Assembly: GCA_964016885.1 (NCBI GenBank)
Contig: OZ024747.1
Span: 37,386,001-37,450,000, forward strand
Direction: 5' to 3'
Length of the DNA: 64,000 nt
Origin: Eledone cirrhosa
Lineage: Eukaryota
Shown: one piece after another, positions 12,768-26,269 of the stretch
Numbering within the stretch: position 1 is the stretch's first letter
How the letters are laid out: each line of letters opens with the position of its first letter
The notes under the pieces: generated by a model
The model's database searches: none
What the model was told of the DNA's origin: nothing
What the model saw: the letters and a program-made list of their open reading frames with translations, nothing else
Translations under genes and position numbers: made by a program

Positions 12768-14047
12768 TAAGACCGGATGCCCATGGGAATTCCTGTATGC
12801 ACATGACCTCGCACTTATAGCTGAATCTATGGTAGAACTAGAAAAGAAATTCCAAACATGGAAGCAGAGACTAGAAAGAAAGGGTCTCAAAGTCAACCTG
12901 ACAAAGACTAAGGTCCTTGTAAGTAGACGAGAAAACAGAACCCAGATCCCCTCAGGGAAATGGCCTTGCTCAGTATGTAGGAAAGGTGTAGGTAGGAACT
13001 CTATTCTCTGCTCCAAATACAAACAATGGGTACACAAGAGATGTAGCGGGATCTCAGGAAGCTTAATTAAGAATGTAGGCTTCACATGTAGCAGCTGTGC
13101 TGGGACAGCAAGCATCAAACAGCCACAGGAAACAAGTACCACCAATCTCTGGGAGAAACAGTAGACAGCTTCTGCTACCTAGGTGACCAAATTAGCAGCA
13201 GAGGTGGGTGTTCAGAAAGTACAATAACTAGGGTAAGAACGGGATGGAAGAAGATCAGGGAACTACTACCACTGCTAGCTGCAAAAGGCTCAAAATAAAA
13301 GGCAGACTGTATCATGCATGTATCCGAACAGCAATGTTACATGGTAGTGAGACCTGGGCGCTGAAGGTGGAAGACTTACATAGATTAGAGAGAAACAAAG
13401 CCTGCATGCTCCGTTGGATGTGTAATAGTAATATACGCGAACGACAAAGCATAAATGAATTGAGAGAGAGACTGAGCATAAGAGGAATCAAATGCTGTGT
13501 GCAGGAGAGGCGGATGCGTTGGTATGGACATGTGATGCGTATGAAGGATGACAGCTGCATAAAAAGGTGCAGAGCACTAGAAGTCGATGGAAACTGCGAA
13601 GTGGGGAGACCCAAGATGAACTGGGATGAGGTGATAAAAACCGACCTTACCCAATTACACCTCTCAAAGGCAATGACACACGACCGTGACCTCTGGCGTC
13701 ACGCAGTAATACAGAGTACCCGACCTCCCATGGGTACAAGCTGAAGCATATAGACAACATGCCCCCACACCCTCCCACTGCAAGGTGGTCGTGGAGGTGC
13801 CACGGCAAAAAATCACCCAGCCCACACTGTAAAGTGGACATGTAGGCGCCACGAAAAAGCACCCAGCACTCATTGTAAATGAGGTTGGTGTTAGGAAGGG
13901 CATCCAGCTGTAGAAATCAAGCCAAATCAGTTCCTGTATGAGCAAGGCATGGTCAACCGACCAGACACTGCCCACAACAGGACAACCCGTCTAACCCATG
14001 CTAGCGTGGAAGAACGGACGTAAAACGGTGATGATGATGATGATGAT
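12768..14047 (+). mobile_element. 5'-truncated RTE LINE (RT end, PHD-like finger, 3' UTR, (GAT)n tail)
   Basis: [42 protein letters not shown]; tail at ~14029-14047; inverted relative to the copy at 10245-12073. Confidence 0.9.
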
Positions 14048-14073
14048 ATATATATATATATATATATATATTC

Positions 14074-14124
<51 letters not shown>

Positions 14125-14163
14125 CATATATACATACATATTTATACATATATATATATATAT

Positions 14164-14599
14164 ATATTGTTATACTTTGGGAGGATCATGTTGCCAATAA
14201 GAAACACATGCACCAGTTGCTTTCACTTCAATTTATTATAATAAATTTATAAATTTAGGAATTTATAAATTTCTGGTTGGTTGGTTGGTTCCACAACCAG
14301 ATGATTGTTTATCTATTGTCAAAGTTCTTTCGTCACACATTCTGTGACCTTTTCAGTGACTGGGGATTCTTTTCTTTGTTTTTGTGCCTCTCCTTTGTTC
14401 TGTCCTACGCCATCTTGTTTTTGTGTGTGTCACACACAAAAACAAGATGGCGTAGGACAGAACAAAGAAATTTAAATAGGACAGAACAAAGAATTTATAA
14501 ATTCCTAAATTTATAAATTTATTATAATAAATTGAAGTGAAAGCAACTGGTGCGTGTGTTTCTTATTGGCAACATGACCCTCCCAAAGTATAACAATAT
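14164..14599. repeat. Nested inverted repeat (foldback): 108-bp outer arms plus a 75-bp inner palindrome
   Basis: 14164-14271 is the reverse complement of 14492-14599 with 2 mismatches; 14393-14467 is a perfect palindrome with a 1-nt centre. Confidence 0.9.
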
Positions 14600-14657
14600 C
14601 GGTTTCAACACACGTTTTCAGATAAAGGATCCTGCTAAACAAATTCAGAAACTATAT

Positions 14658-14746
<89 letters not shown>

Positions 14747-14873
14747 TATATACACATACATATACACATATATATATATATATATACACATACATATATA
14801 TATATATATACATATATATATACACATATATATATACACACACATATACATATATATATACACATATATATAT

Positions 14874-14912
<39 letters not shown>

Positions 14913-14949
14913 CACATATATATATATACATAGATATATATATAAATTA

Positions 14950-15590
14950 CACAATAATCAAAGCTATGTTCAAATCATTTTATTGCCGACAATCGTTTCT
15001 TCCAAACTATCGTTTGGAATCATCGGAGCAGTAGCAATGTTTGTACATATAGTTAACCTCCTATTCAACTGAACAATCATATACATACATGGATATTAAT
15101 GTCAACAACAGTTTCGTATTGACAGGGTGGAATGGATACGACACATATTACAAGAGAATTGTACAATAATTAAAATTAAAAATCAAAACGGTACAGAATG
15201 GAATGCAAGCGACAGAGATTACAAGGGAATAGTATAACAATTAAAGAGGCATTAAGGCAGAAAGTTACTCGTAAAACGAGGACACTGGCAGTACATATGC
15301 AAGCGTAAAGAGAGTGCATTAGTCATATACAGGAAGGAAACAAGCAATGGTATTAGGCATATATAATTTTTTGCAAGGCAAAGGTATCACATGAAATGAG
15401 CATATCAGGCAAAGCTGTTTTTGTATTAAAACTATGGCTTTCAGCTGGATGTAGTGTGACTTGTTTCTGTAATGTTCAAATGTATATGTGCTGAGAGTAT
15501 CAATGTTATTGCTATCTTTTCCATTACATTGGCTATGTTTTATTTTAGGGAATGTTTTTAATCAGTCACAGCCATGAATTGTACACCGGT
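14950..15590 (-). mobile_element. Probable PLE 3'/pLTR remnant
   Basis: Carries a hammerhead-like motif, and its end resembles the PLE remnant at ~54590-54670; extent approximate. Confidence 0.5.
14982..15033 (-). ncRNA. Variant minimal type I hammerhead-like motif (CCGAUGA core)
   Basis: Minus strand: ACTGCTC CCGATGA TTCCAAAC GATA GTTTGGAA GAAA CGATT GTC GGCAAT; perfect 8-bp stem II, near-palindromic loop 3, GUC site; stem I weak with one extra C. Confidence 0.6.
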
Positions 15591-15599
15591 CTTATTATA

Positions 15600-18500
15600 A
15601 TAGGACCTGGATGCTGTGGTACCAACATAACATTACAGAGAAAGGGGTGGTGTTGATGGGGGTAGGGGAGTTGGGGTAGTGGGATGGGGGTGTATATTTG
15701 ATTAAGAGTTGTCTACTGACTATAGGTTTCACTTTGTACTTAGGCAAGGCGAGTTTTCTGTATTACTGCGTAGCGCCAAAGATCTTGGTCCAGTGACATT
15801 GTCTTAGAGAGGTGTAAGTGTGTAAGGTCGGAATTTATCAAATCGTGCCAGGTTTTTCTGGGTCTGCCTTCTCCGTAACTTCTTACACCTAATTTCTTAC
15901 TTAGTTCATTTATGCTTTGCTGTTCACGTATATTACTATTACACATCCAGCGGAGCATGCAAGCTTCGTTCCTCTCCAGTCTGCGCAGATCCTCTGCACA
16001 CAATGCCCATGTCTCACTGCCATGTAACATAGCTGTTCGTATGCAGGCATTATACAGTCTGCCTTTCATTTTTAGAGAGAAACCTTTAATGGCCAATAGT
16101 CGTAAAGCTCTCTGAACTTTTTCCATGCTGTTCTGACTCTGGCTACTATACTTTCAGAGCACCCTCCACTACTGTTGATTTTGTCACCCAGGTAACGGAA
16201 GGTGTCCACTATTTCTATAGAACCATCTGGGCAATAGAAGGAGCTAGTATCCTGTGCACACTTGCTACTTATTGCACCTGAGCACCGGCCACATATAAAA
16301 TCTACGTTCTTAGATAGGTTACCTGTGATCCCACTACATCTTTTATGCACCCATACTTTGCATTTGGGACATAAATTGGAATTTCTGCCTACTCCTTTCC
16401 TACAGACCGAGCATGGCCATTTTCCAGAGGGGACCTGTGCCCTATTTTCCTTCCTACATACTAGAACTTTAGTCTTCGACAAGTTAACTTTAGTCTTCGA
16501 CAAGTTAACTTTAAGGCCTTTTGATTCTAGGCCATGCTTCCATGTTTGGAATTTCTTCTCTAGTTCAGCCATTGATTCAGCTATGAGCGTTAGATCATCT
16601 GCATATAGAAATTCCCATGGGCAGCCCGGTCTTGAACTCCTTTGTTATAGCCTGAAGGGCAATAATAAATAGGAGGGGGCTAAGGACAGAGCCCTGATGA
16701 ACACCAACTTTTCGGCTAAATTCTTCACTATATTCGTTGTTAATTCTAACCTTGCTGACTGTTTCTTTATACATTGCTTATATAGCTCTCACAAGCCATT
16801 CATCAACCCCTAGTTTTCTAAGGGCCCACCAGATAATGGCGCAGGGGACTCTGTCAAATGCTTTCTCCAAGTCAACAAAAGCTAAGTATAGGGGTTTACT
16901 TTTAGCTAGGTACTTCTGTAGTTGTCGTACAAGGAAAAGGGTGTCTGTGGTACTTTTACCTGACACAAACACAAACTGCATTTCGTCTAGATCAATTCGC
17001 TCTCTGATTAGTTGTGCTATAACTTTATCTGTGACCTTCATGACCTGGTCAATTAATTTAATGCCTCTTTAGTTTCCCCCCTATCTAGGGCATCTCCTTT
17101 ACCCGTGTAGCAGTTAATGATGATGCTTCTACGCCAGTCATTTTGTATGACCTCGTTCTGTATGACTTGGTTTACTATCCGGGTGACCATAGTGTGTCCC
17201 ACCGTTCCAGATGCTTTCAACATTTCAGCAACTATCTCCAAAGGCCCAGCTGCTTTGCCTGTCTTCATATTTTTGATTGCCTTACTTATACTACCTTCAA
17301 CTTGCACTGCTGGTCCCTCTATTGGATCGATGTGGAGCAGACTATCTTTTTCCCATTTATTCTCCTCATTTAGTAGCCTCTCGTAATGACACTTCCAAGC
17401 TACCTTCTTATCAGCATCAGTGATGGCAAGAACACCATCATCATTACAGACACACTTCTCCTCGACAATATCATGGTTTTCCTTGACACATTGCCTAGCA
17501 ATCCTGAACACCTCACATTTTTGGTCCTCGTGTTGTAGAACATGCTTGAACTTTCTTTCCTCTGCTTCCCTTCTTGCAAAGTACACTTGTCTCCTAGCTT
17601 CCCTCCTGGCCACCATACTTTCCAAGCCTGCTTTTTGGCCTTGATTGACTCCTCCACCTTACTGTTCCACCCACCACCATGTTACTCTCCTCCTGCCTAT
17701 AGGTTTGCTCCAGCCACAGATTTCATCTGTCGCCTTCAGCAGGTTAACTTTCAGGAATTCCCACTGTTCCTCTATATTGTACGTCTCTAATTGCTCTTCC
17801 TTACTGTCAAAAGCATCAAGTAATATGCTTTTAAATTTGGTACTAGCTGTGGGGTCCTTTAACTTCCATATTCTTCTCCTTAGGGTAGTCCTTCTCTGTT
17901 GTCGAGTACGTCTCGTCCTGACTATGAGGTCGCTAACTATGAGGCTATGTTGGGAGATGCATTTTTCATGGGGGAGGGATTTAGTGTTTACAACCGACAC
18001 TTTGTCACGTCTTCTGGTAAGGATATAATCTATCTGAATGGCGTGTTCCTTTGATCTATAGGTGATCAAGTGATTGTCTTGTTTTTTGAAGTTTGTGTTA
18101 CACATAGTTAGGTTATTAGCGTCACAGAATTCCAGGATTCTGGAGCCTTCATCATTTCTAGTACCAAACCCATAGCCTCCATGGATTCCGTCATAGCTGG
18201 CACAATGTTGTCCAACGTGACCGTTTAGTTCGCCAGCAATAATTATGTATGTAGTCAATGTCGGTTATTTGGGAGGTAGTGAGCATTAGCGACTCATAGA
18301 ATCTGTCTTTTATAACGCCAGGCAGTCCGGATTGGGGTGCATACGCGGATATTATTGTCACAGTAGTTCTATTTATGACAAGTCTTATTTTAATTATTCT
18401 GTCATTCACTCTATTTACGTCTATTACCTTATCTACCCATTTTTCTGCCAACATGATTCCTACTCCACCCAGCCCATTGTAGCATCGTTTTTTTACCCAC

Positions 18501-18780
18501 AATGAATCTAGCAGACCCACCTCTCCATCTGGTTGGTCTCTTGAACACAGCAAACATCAACTTCCTTATGGTCAAGCATCTCTACAACCTCGTTAGAGCG
18601 ACCTTTTAAAGTGCCTACATTCATGGTACCAACTCTGAAGTTTTAGATTGTGTTTGGTGGGTGGGAAGGATGAGGCACAGGGAGGGGCTGAGGGAGATGG
18701 GGTTATGTTAGCCATCCGCGGCCGAAATAAAGAGGAGTCCTTGCATTCTCATCCGGCTACATGAGGTGAATTTATCTTTA
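15600..18780 (-). mobile_element. Near-full-length degenerate RTE LINE (APE endonuclease + RT)
   Basis: VGTMNVGTL and ISAYAPQ, GELNGHVG, QIDYIL (APE); KAFDRVP, YADDL, PHD-like finger, FRYLG (RT); many frameshifts. Confidence 0.92.
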
Positions 18781-19163
18781 TCTTTGACATTGTCATTGAG
18801 TGTCCAGATTCTTCAGACTCTCCAGAATTCTATAGTCAATCTAGCATATCGAAAAGCAACCAGGTCTAAACTTAAGGAGTGATAGCCGAGGCGGTGGTTT
18901 TGTGAAGAGATTGGTAAGAGAAACATATTATAAGCCACTGAATTATGATTGGACCAAATAATAATGGTGGCGAGTGGAGGAGGGGGGGGGGGGGGGAAAT
19001 CTGGGGGAGTTAGCGAGAAGGTTATTTTATAATATAATCCTAGAAATTCAGCCATAATTAACCGAACATATAACAGTATCAGAGTTTAAATACAAGAAGA
19101 TTGTTTTAGAGGGTCTGACAGAATTATGGGAGTTTAAAATACAAGAAGATTGTATACATATAT

Positions 19164-19218
19164 AGAGAGAAATGAGGCAAGCATGCTCCGTTGGATGTGC
19201 AATGTCAATGTCTGTGAA
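19164..19218 (+). mobile_element. Tiny RTE fragment fused to the hAT remnant
   Basis: AGAGAAATGAGGCAAGCATGCTCCGTTGGATGTGCAATGTCAATGT matches the RTE segment at ~2194-2239. Confidence 0.7.
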
Positions 19219-20376
19219 AGACCCAGCATGGAAATCTCCATCGGACACTAAGTGGAGCACAAGAGCAGATGCTGTAAAGCATCTTGCAAACTTTCTGAAT
19301 GAAATCCTCGAGCTTCTGCAAAAGTTGGTAGAGGATAATCAGGAGAGATCCGACACAGGAAGTGATGCAGAACATCTTTTAAGCCAAATGCTTGTCTTCC
19401 ACTTCTTCGTGTTGCTTGGATTTTGGAATAGAATTCTGGCTCAAATCGATTGGGTTCAGAAACGCCTTCAAGATCCAACAATGAACTTCCGGGATGCCGC
19501 TGATGACATCAAAGCCCTCCAGCAGTATTTATCGGTTAATGGAAGTACTATTGCTCAGCAATCACTTAATAAAGGCATTGAGTTAAGTCAACGCGGAAGG
19601 CGGCAAACATCGCGGAAGGCCAAGACGGCAGCTTGCAGATAATTCTGAAGATGAATTACTATCACCAGCCAGTGAAGTAAAAACAGTCATGCAAACTGTT
19701 CTCCTTCGAATTCAATCAGAAATGCAGCTACGATTCGCCCGTCTCAACGATATTGACGCGAGGTTTGGCTTCCTCCTCGATGTCTGCTCTATGTGCTATC
19801 CACCTTTTCCAGACGATCTCGCGCTTCCATCAAAGTGCTCTTCATTAGCTGATCACTACAATGCTGACATTGACGACAAGGAGCTTTTTGAAGAAATCGT
19901 TGACTGTCGGGCGTGGTTGTCAACCCGCGCTAATGTTTCAGTCTCAAGACCAGAACACCTCCTGGATTTTATTGTTCAATACGGAGACAACAGTGTATTT
20001 CCGAATTTGCGCATCGGTCTACAGATACTGCTAACAATGGCTGTTTCCGTCGCAAGCTGTGAGAGATCCTTCAGCAAGCTCAACCTCATCTTATCATGTT
20101 TGCGGACATCAATGTCTCAAAGCCGTCTGCGCGATCTTGCCATCCTCAGCATAGAAAGCAAAGAAACAAACGCAACCGATTTTGATGAAATAATCAATCA
20201 ATTTGCATCAGCTAAAGCTAGAAACATCCCTTTGTAAATATTTTTTTATTCTTTTTTCCATATTAATTTTATAAAAGTAATTTTAGATCATATATTCATG
20301 TTTTTTCGTGTCATAAATTACCGAGGCGCAAAGTTCGAGCTTACCCCCGGGCGCAAAATCCCTAGTTACGCCACTG
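19219..20376 (+). mobile_element. hAT DNA transposon 3' half (transposase pseudogene with hATC dimerisation domain and right TIR)
   Basis: SDTKWSTR (the TRW motif); FPNL...LTMAVSVASCERSFSKLNLI...LRTSMSQSRL..LAILSIE; terminus CCTAGTTACGCCACTG (TIR CAGTGGCGTAACTAGG). Confidence 0.88.
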
Positions 20377-20467
20377 CATATATACATACATATATATATA
20401 CATATAACTATATATACATATACACATATATACATATACACACATATATATATATATACATATATAC

Positions 20468-20512
<45 letters not shown>

Positions 20513-20513
20513 C

Positions 20514-20630
<117 letters not shown>

Positions 20631-20639
20631 CATATACAC

Positions 20640-20745
20640 TGTGAGGTGTCCGTGTAGGAGACACGGTGATAAGGCTCCCAGTCCACACTGTAAATGTGGT
20701 TGGTGTTAGGAAGGGCATCTAGCTGTAAAAAATCTGCCAGAGACA
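20640..20745 (+). mobile_element. RTE 3'-UTR fragment
   Basis: CACACTGTAAATGTGGTTGGTGTTAGGAAGGGCATC motif. Confidence 0.7.
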
Positions 20746-20749
20746 CTTC

Positions 20750-21520
20750 TGTACGAGGGACACAGTTGGAGAATACAGTGGAATTTTCATGGACATAAGA
20801 CGCTCACTAATCCCCACTGGGAATCTTTCTAATTTATCCACAAGAGCAATCTTAACAGCAAATCCTACCCCAGCCACTGGTTCCTTCATCTCTTCCTTTC
20901 CAGAAGAACATATATTCTCCACAAAATTCTGTAAGATGACCATCTCCAGCTAACCTCGTCTCAGATAAAGCCACGATGTCAAGATCGTAACGTCGAAGCT
21001 CCTTTGCAACAAGAGCGGTCCTTCGTTCAGGACGTTCCAAGGAATCCCTGCCAAGCAGCATCCGTACGTTCCAGCAGCCAATATTAAATGCCTTCTTTGG
21101 CTCTATTATAGTGGCATGATGACGAACGGGCCCGGGCTTTGATACCCTGGGGCCCCTGCACTTATTGCAAATTATCTCTTTTGTTCCAGAACCCTTATTG
21201 CCAATTATCTCTTTTATATTGCTTTGGAGCATCATTGAATTGGAAAAAAAAAAAGTAATAATAATAATAATAACACTATTAATAATTATTAATTAATGCA
21301 ATCGTGCAATGCCTATGCATGAAGAATATTTTTAAAGTGGGGAAAGACTGTGCACTGAGCCAATCCCACTATCTGAGTGACAGTAGCTATAACCTGAAAC
21401 GAGGAAAAGATCAACATCATCGGTAACTACTGAGCCGCAGGTTTTATATCGGAGTTAACCCAGTTTACTGAGATGCCTTCTCCTAGAAGAATGCCCTGAC
21501 AAGGGCTAGGGGTCCTTCAC
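20750..21520 (-). mobile_element. 5' part of a second, BovB-like RTE family (5' UTR + APE N-terminus)
   Basis: IGCWNVRMLL...RPERRTALVAKELRRYDLDIVALSETRL and GVGFAV...ISERLM; RTE 5'-UTR-like motif CTAGCCCTTG..GGGCA...CTAGGAGAAGG at ~21475-21510. Confidence 0.8.
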
Positions 21521-21734
21521 AAAAAAAAATCACTTATTGACACTCATACGTACGACATTCACACACACCACACATGCACACACACCAACACTCATGCATA
21601 CAAAAAAACACACACGCTACTCACTTACACACACATACATATATATATATTACCGTCATTACTGATACAAGATTATGTCAACTGTTGACTTTCGAAAGAG
21701 TACAATTGAAGCCATTCGTGTTACTGTTCAGTAT

Positions 21735-21870
21735 TATTATAATTGCTTTACAGCATAGAGCTATGGCCCTCCACGCTCCGAGCTTAAATCCCGCCGAGGT
21801 CAACCTTGCCTTTCATCCCCACGGAGTCAACAAAAGAGAGCACCAGTAATGCGCTGGGACAATCGCTGGC
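21735..21870 (+). mobile_element. SINE fragment
   Basis: AAATCCCGCCGAGGTCAACCTTGCCTTTCATCC is shared with the full SINE at 48262-48478. Confidence 0.7.
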
Positions 21871-21973
21871 CCCATACATATATACATTCATATATACTTA
21901 CATACATATATACATACATACACATATACACACATACATATATACATACATGCATACATATATACATACATGC

Positions 21974-22024
<51 letters not shown>

Positions 22025-22235
22025 TTAGAGCAAACATCACGAGCACTCTATCTCAAAATTATTTTTGAAAAGCATTAGAAATGTGCAACCGGTAAAAACT
22101 TAAAACTAAAACTGAATACTAACCAATACTTATTACTAATTTATACTTATTCCTAATTAAGCTATTTTTCACTGGGAAAAATTTGTCACCATTTTCTTTT
22201 CCTTTTTACTAATATATATATATATATATATATAT

Positions 22236-25200
22236 TAAAATATAAGTATTAATAAAATAGATGTTCTTTTGATCAATTACATTTTATTATACATATTTCG
22301 GATGTACGACAGTACGTCCTCATCAGACAAAATATAATAATACATGACATACCCTGAGATGTTAAATGGTTAAGATTTAATCAAGGTAGTGATTAGCCCG
22401 ATAGAAAATTTTACTTATATCCTATTTATGAGAAAATGCGAAAACGTAATAAATTCATTAGCGAATGTGTGAGTAATAAAAAACTTTGCATACTGTAACT
22501 GTTCTAAAATTTTAAAGTGTATGATACTACGATATATCTAGGAAAACGTCTCATGGATCATAACAGCCAGTGATAGCCACTGGAAAAAGATTTATAAAGA
22601 GGGAAAAATAAAGTGTGAGGGTTTTTTTTCTAAAGTTAAACAGTTAGATTTGAAAATATTTAATTTATAATATTATGATGAAGACTCCAGATTTCAGGAT
22701 TATTTGCTGGTTATTTATATATTATTTATATAAATTTGATAAGTGTGTTATCATTTCTAAACTTCTGAATTTTGAGAGTAACATTTAAAGGATTTAGCTG
22801 GCACAAAAAGAACGAAATATTATACTGTTGATTATTTACCTAAATTCAAACTTTAACGAATATACCAACATATTAGGTATGTAAAGCTTTTGAAGTACTT
22901 ATTATTATAAATATTTAAATAACTATTATGTATATAGGTATATATTAATGAGCCAGTATGTTTAAGGTAAATAATAACGATGAAGATAAAAATAAAATAA
23001 GATAATATATTGAAGGATGTTAAGGATAAATATATACATATGTTAAACTGGGTGTAAATGCACTAATTATTCTTCAACCAAGATATTAACATATTATTAG
23101 ATATAGGGATGTATATATATAGATATATATTAGGTATTATTAGTGTAGTGTACTTTAGGTAAATGATAACAGTTATAATCTTATCAATGTGTCACATTTA
23201 AATACATATATATATAAGAACAACAATGAGTGCATGGATAATACAGAGTTCAAAATAATGTCTATAATAATTTTTAGTTTGGATATTTTCTCTATATTTG
23301 AATCATATATATAGAAATGTGGTAGGTATATTTAAAAATATATAAAATATAATATATAACTACATACACATTATAATACATTATAAATAAATAAGAGATC
23401 AAAAGTCCAACGAAAAATTCACATTTATATATAAGTTTGGATCCGTCTCAAAATTTAGATTTTATAGTGCAGTAAATATATTTAAAAGAAATATATGCTA
23501 TATTATACTATAAATAATAGATCAAAAACTCATTAAAAATTTAGAGTTATAGATAAGTTTCATAAAAATTTATGGATTGGGTATTAAACTAAAATTTAAA
23601 AGAGATCACAAATGTATTAAAAATTCACAGTTAAATAAATTCTATAAATATGTAAGGATTAGGTATTATACTAAATTATAAGCATAGATAGTAAGATAGA
23701 TAGAAATAAGGAGATGGTATTGATCAAAGTTAACAAATAATGTTGTGTGTATCAATGTTTAGGTATGTTAATTGAAATATTGTCATTCATTCTAGCGTTG
23801 TTTCTTCTATAGATAGTTATAAAATAAACCAATATTAAAGGCTATTAATGTTTTATTACTGTTGATTATATATTCCTGGTAACCGAGTTGTTATTGGTTT
23901 GGTGTAATTGTTTCTTTCTTTCTCGTTTTATGTGAGGCTAAAAAAGTGGACGTAGCTTTATGGAGGCAACAAGAGAATAATTCACTTTTTTGTTAATTAG
24001 GGTATCATAATTATTAATAATCAACAGGGTCTCCATTGTACAGAGTGGGCAGTTATTTGATATACTAGAGTTGCGGTAAATTCCACAGTTCTGAAGTTTT
24101 GTCCAAAGAATGGAGTATTCTAAATTCTTCTCTTTTAAAGAGCTGTGATAAAGACGTGGATGATTTCCTCTTAGAGTTCGAGAATGAGCATTTATGGTTC
24201 GCAAAACGATCTTTGAATGTGGACGAGGTTGATCCGATGTAATTGTATGTTTTGTGGTCAGTTTTTACGGTGCATTTATAAACCAAATAACTATCTAAAC
24301 AATTATTTTGCAAAGGGCAATTAGTTTTATTTCTACAATTACATTTTGGTTTAGTATCCTTAATGTTAACTCTATTACTATGATCATTATGTTGGTTTGG
24401 TTTTAGGATTTTGGCGTTTAATTTGGAGATGTTTTGGGCCTTGTTACTGGTTGTAGAATGTGAGAATTTAATGGTATGTCTATTAAAAATGGAATGGTAT
24501 TTATGTTGAGTAGGGAAAGAGGTGTCAAGAGCTTTAAAGAATAGTTTTGCAATTGGTGTTTTAACTGCGACCGAAGCAGGGGGTGCAAACCATATGACTG
24601 GTTTAGATCTAGTTCATATTCTCGATTTATTTAGCGTATGTATGTTATACTTATTAGAGTTACTCTTATATATGTTATTATTTTTATTATTATTATTAGG
24701 AATAATACTTGGATTGTTATTATCTACATATTCTATATTATTCATATATCCTGCTCTTTTTAATGCGTTGTTGTAGTATTCAGCATTTTTATCAAATATA
24801 TCTTTATTAGCTGATATTTTATTAATACGTTTTTGCACACTATTTACTATAGCTCGTTTTACAGATCTAGGGAGATTTGAATAGTTACTAACATAATTTA
24901 AGTTTTCATTAGGCTTATGAAAAGGGTAATAGAAGCCAGTGTTTAAGTTAAAGGTAACGTCATGGAAATTAACTATTTTGGTACCATTTTCTATTTCTAA
25001 TTTAAGGTTGTACGTTTTAAAGAATTCTATTATACTTTTCTTAACTCTATTTAGTTCTATATTGTTGTGTTTCACCACCGTAAATAAAATGTCGTCTCTA
25101 TATAAACCACCGGTAATCTCCGGCAGTTTTCTATTTATCATGTTTAATATGAAAATTCCCAGAAGATCTGTGATTTGTGCGGAATCAGATCCCCCCATAG

Positions 25201-25837
25201 TGATATCAAAGTTTCTATCTCTATCTGAGCATGTCCAAAATTCGTTATTGAAGTTAATGAGAGTTCTTCTGGCTGTTAAAATTATATCTATTTCATTTGT
25301 GGTTAGATCAGTATGCTTATAAGCATATGAGGGCCTTATTTAGAAGTGTAGGTGTTATAGAAGAATAGTAGTTAGTAATATCCATCTGGATGAATTTATA
25401 GTTTTTCTTATCTTCAATATTCGTGTACCATTCAATGACCTCGTTTGTATCTTTCCATAAGCTCAAACTAGATCTCAATTTAAGAGTGGGTAATATTCTA
25501 TCTACGATGTTTTTACTGATTACTCCTATATCCGATTTCGATGGAGCAATCAGTCTAACTGGCATCTCTTCCTTAAAGTTTCTTTTATGATCCTTCAGGT
25601 TAATCCTCGGCTGTCTAGGTAAGAATGGCTCAGTTCTTCCTTGTATTCCTAGATTGGTAATTAATTTATAAGCTTCTTCATTAATTTCAGTAAGATCATC
25701 AGCCGGGGCTTTTTTTCAGGATCAGGTCGTTATAATCATCTTTGCTTATCCCATATAAATTATTAGTTTTGTCAGATTTAACCAATACTTTGTTAACATT
25801 TTTTATTTCAGTGATTTTATCTTTTAGAGATCTGAGG
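22236..25837 (-). mobile_element. AT-rich Penelope-like retroelement (RT + GIY-YIG, Naiad-like), 5'-truncated, with a long 3' region and hammerhead
   Basis: RLIAPSKSDIG, DITNYYSSIT, MGGSDSAQITDL, GLYRDD, WFAPP, IFNRHT, CNCRNKTNCPLQNNCL, LVYKC..YIGST..FKDRFANHK and CPLC motifs; (TA)n on both sides. Confidence 0.9.
22281..22333 (-). ncRNA. Minimal type I hammerhead ribozyme in the PLE 3' terminal region
   Basis: Minus strand: ATTTTGT CTGATGA GGACGTAC TGTC GTACATCC GAAA TATGTATA ATAAAAT; 7-bp stem I (one G-U), canonical core, stem II with one C-A mismatch, AUA cleavage between 22288 and 22287. Confidence 0.82.
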
Positions 25838-26269
25838 TATATATATATATATATACACACACACAACAAAGCCATTCCAACTATTACTAGATAATGAAAT
25901 CCAGTCCACCCAATGATAGCCTTTTTGATGATTTACTGTCTACCTATGCCAGAATGGTTAATGCCTTGTCATTGTTGATAGAGGTGACGGTGGTGGTGGT
26001 GAAGGTACTGGTGGTGATAGTGGAGGTGGTGGTGGTGGTCATGTAACTACTACCTCTCCAGATATTTAGTCTTATGAATCAAGCAACTCTTGCACTTCAG
26101 ACAAATTGTGTCCAGACTGACAAAATTTCAACATTATTTAGCTTTATTTAACACTATATACTTAGAGAATTGTATGGTCTAAGAAAGTAAGGGACCCTGT
26201 CTCACAGGCACCCATATATCCCCATCACAAATTATGGGTCCATGGCATGTGTACCACACTGTAGAATAT

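Noticed and set aside
19172-20237. Domesticated ZMYM/ZBED-like host gene
   Set aside because: Interrupted frame, 5' end fused to an RTE fragment, and an intact TIR right after the ORF indicate a transposon remnant.
23900-25837. Selenocysteine (in-frame UGA) recoding, reported for some Naiad PLEs
   Set aside because: Cys positions I could read in the linker and endonuclease of both PLEs use TGT/TGC; the ORF breaks look like ordinary decay.
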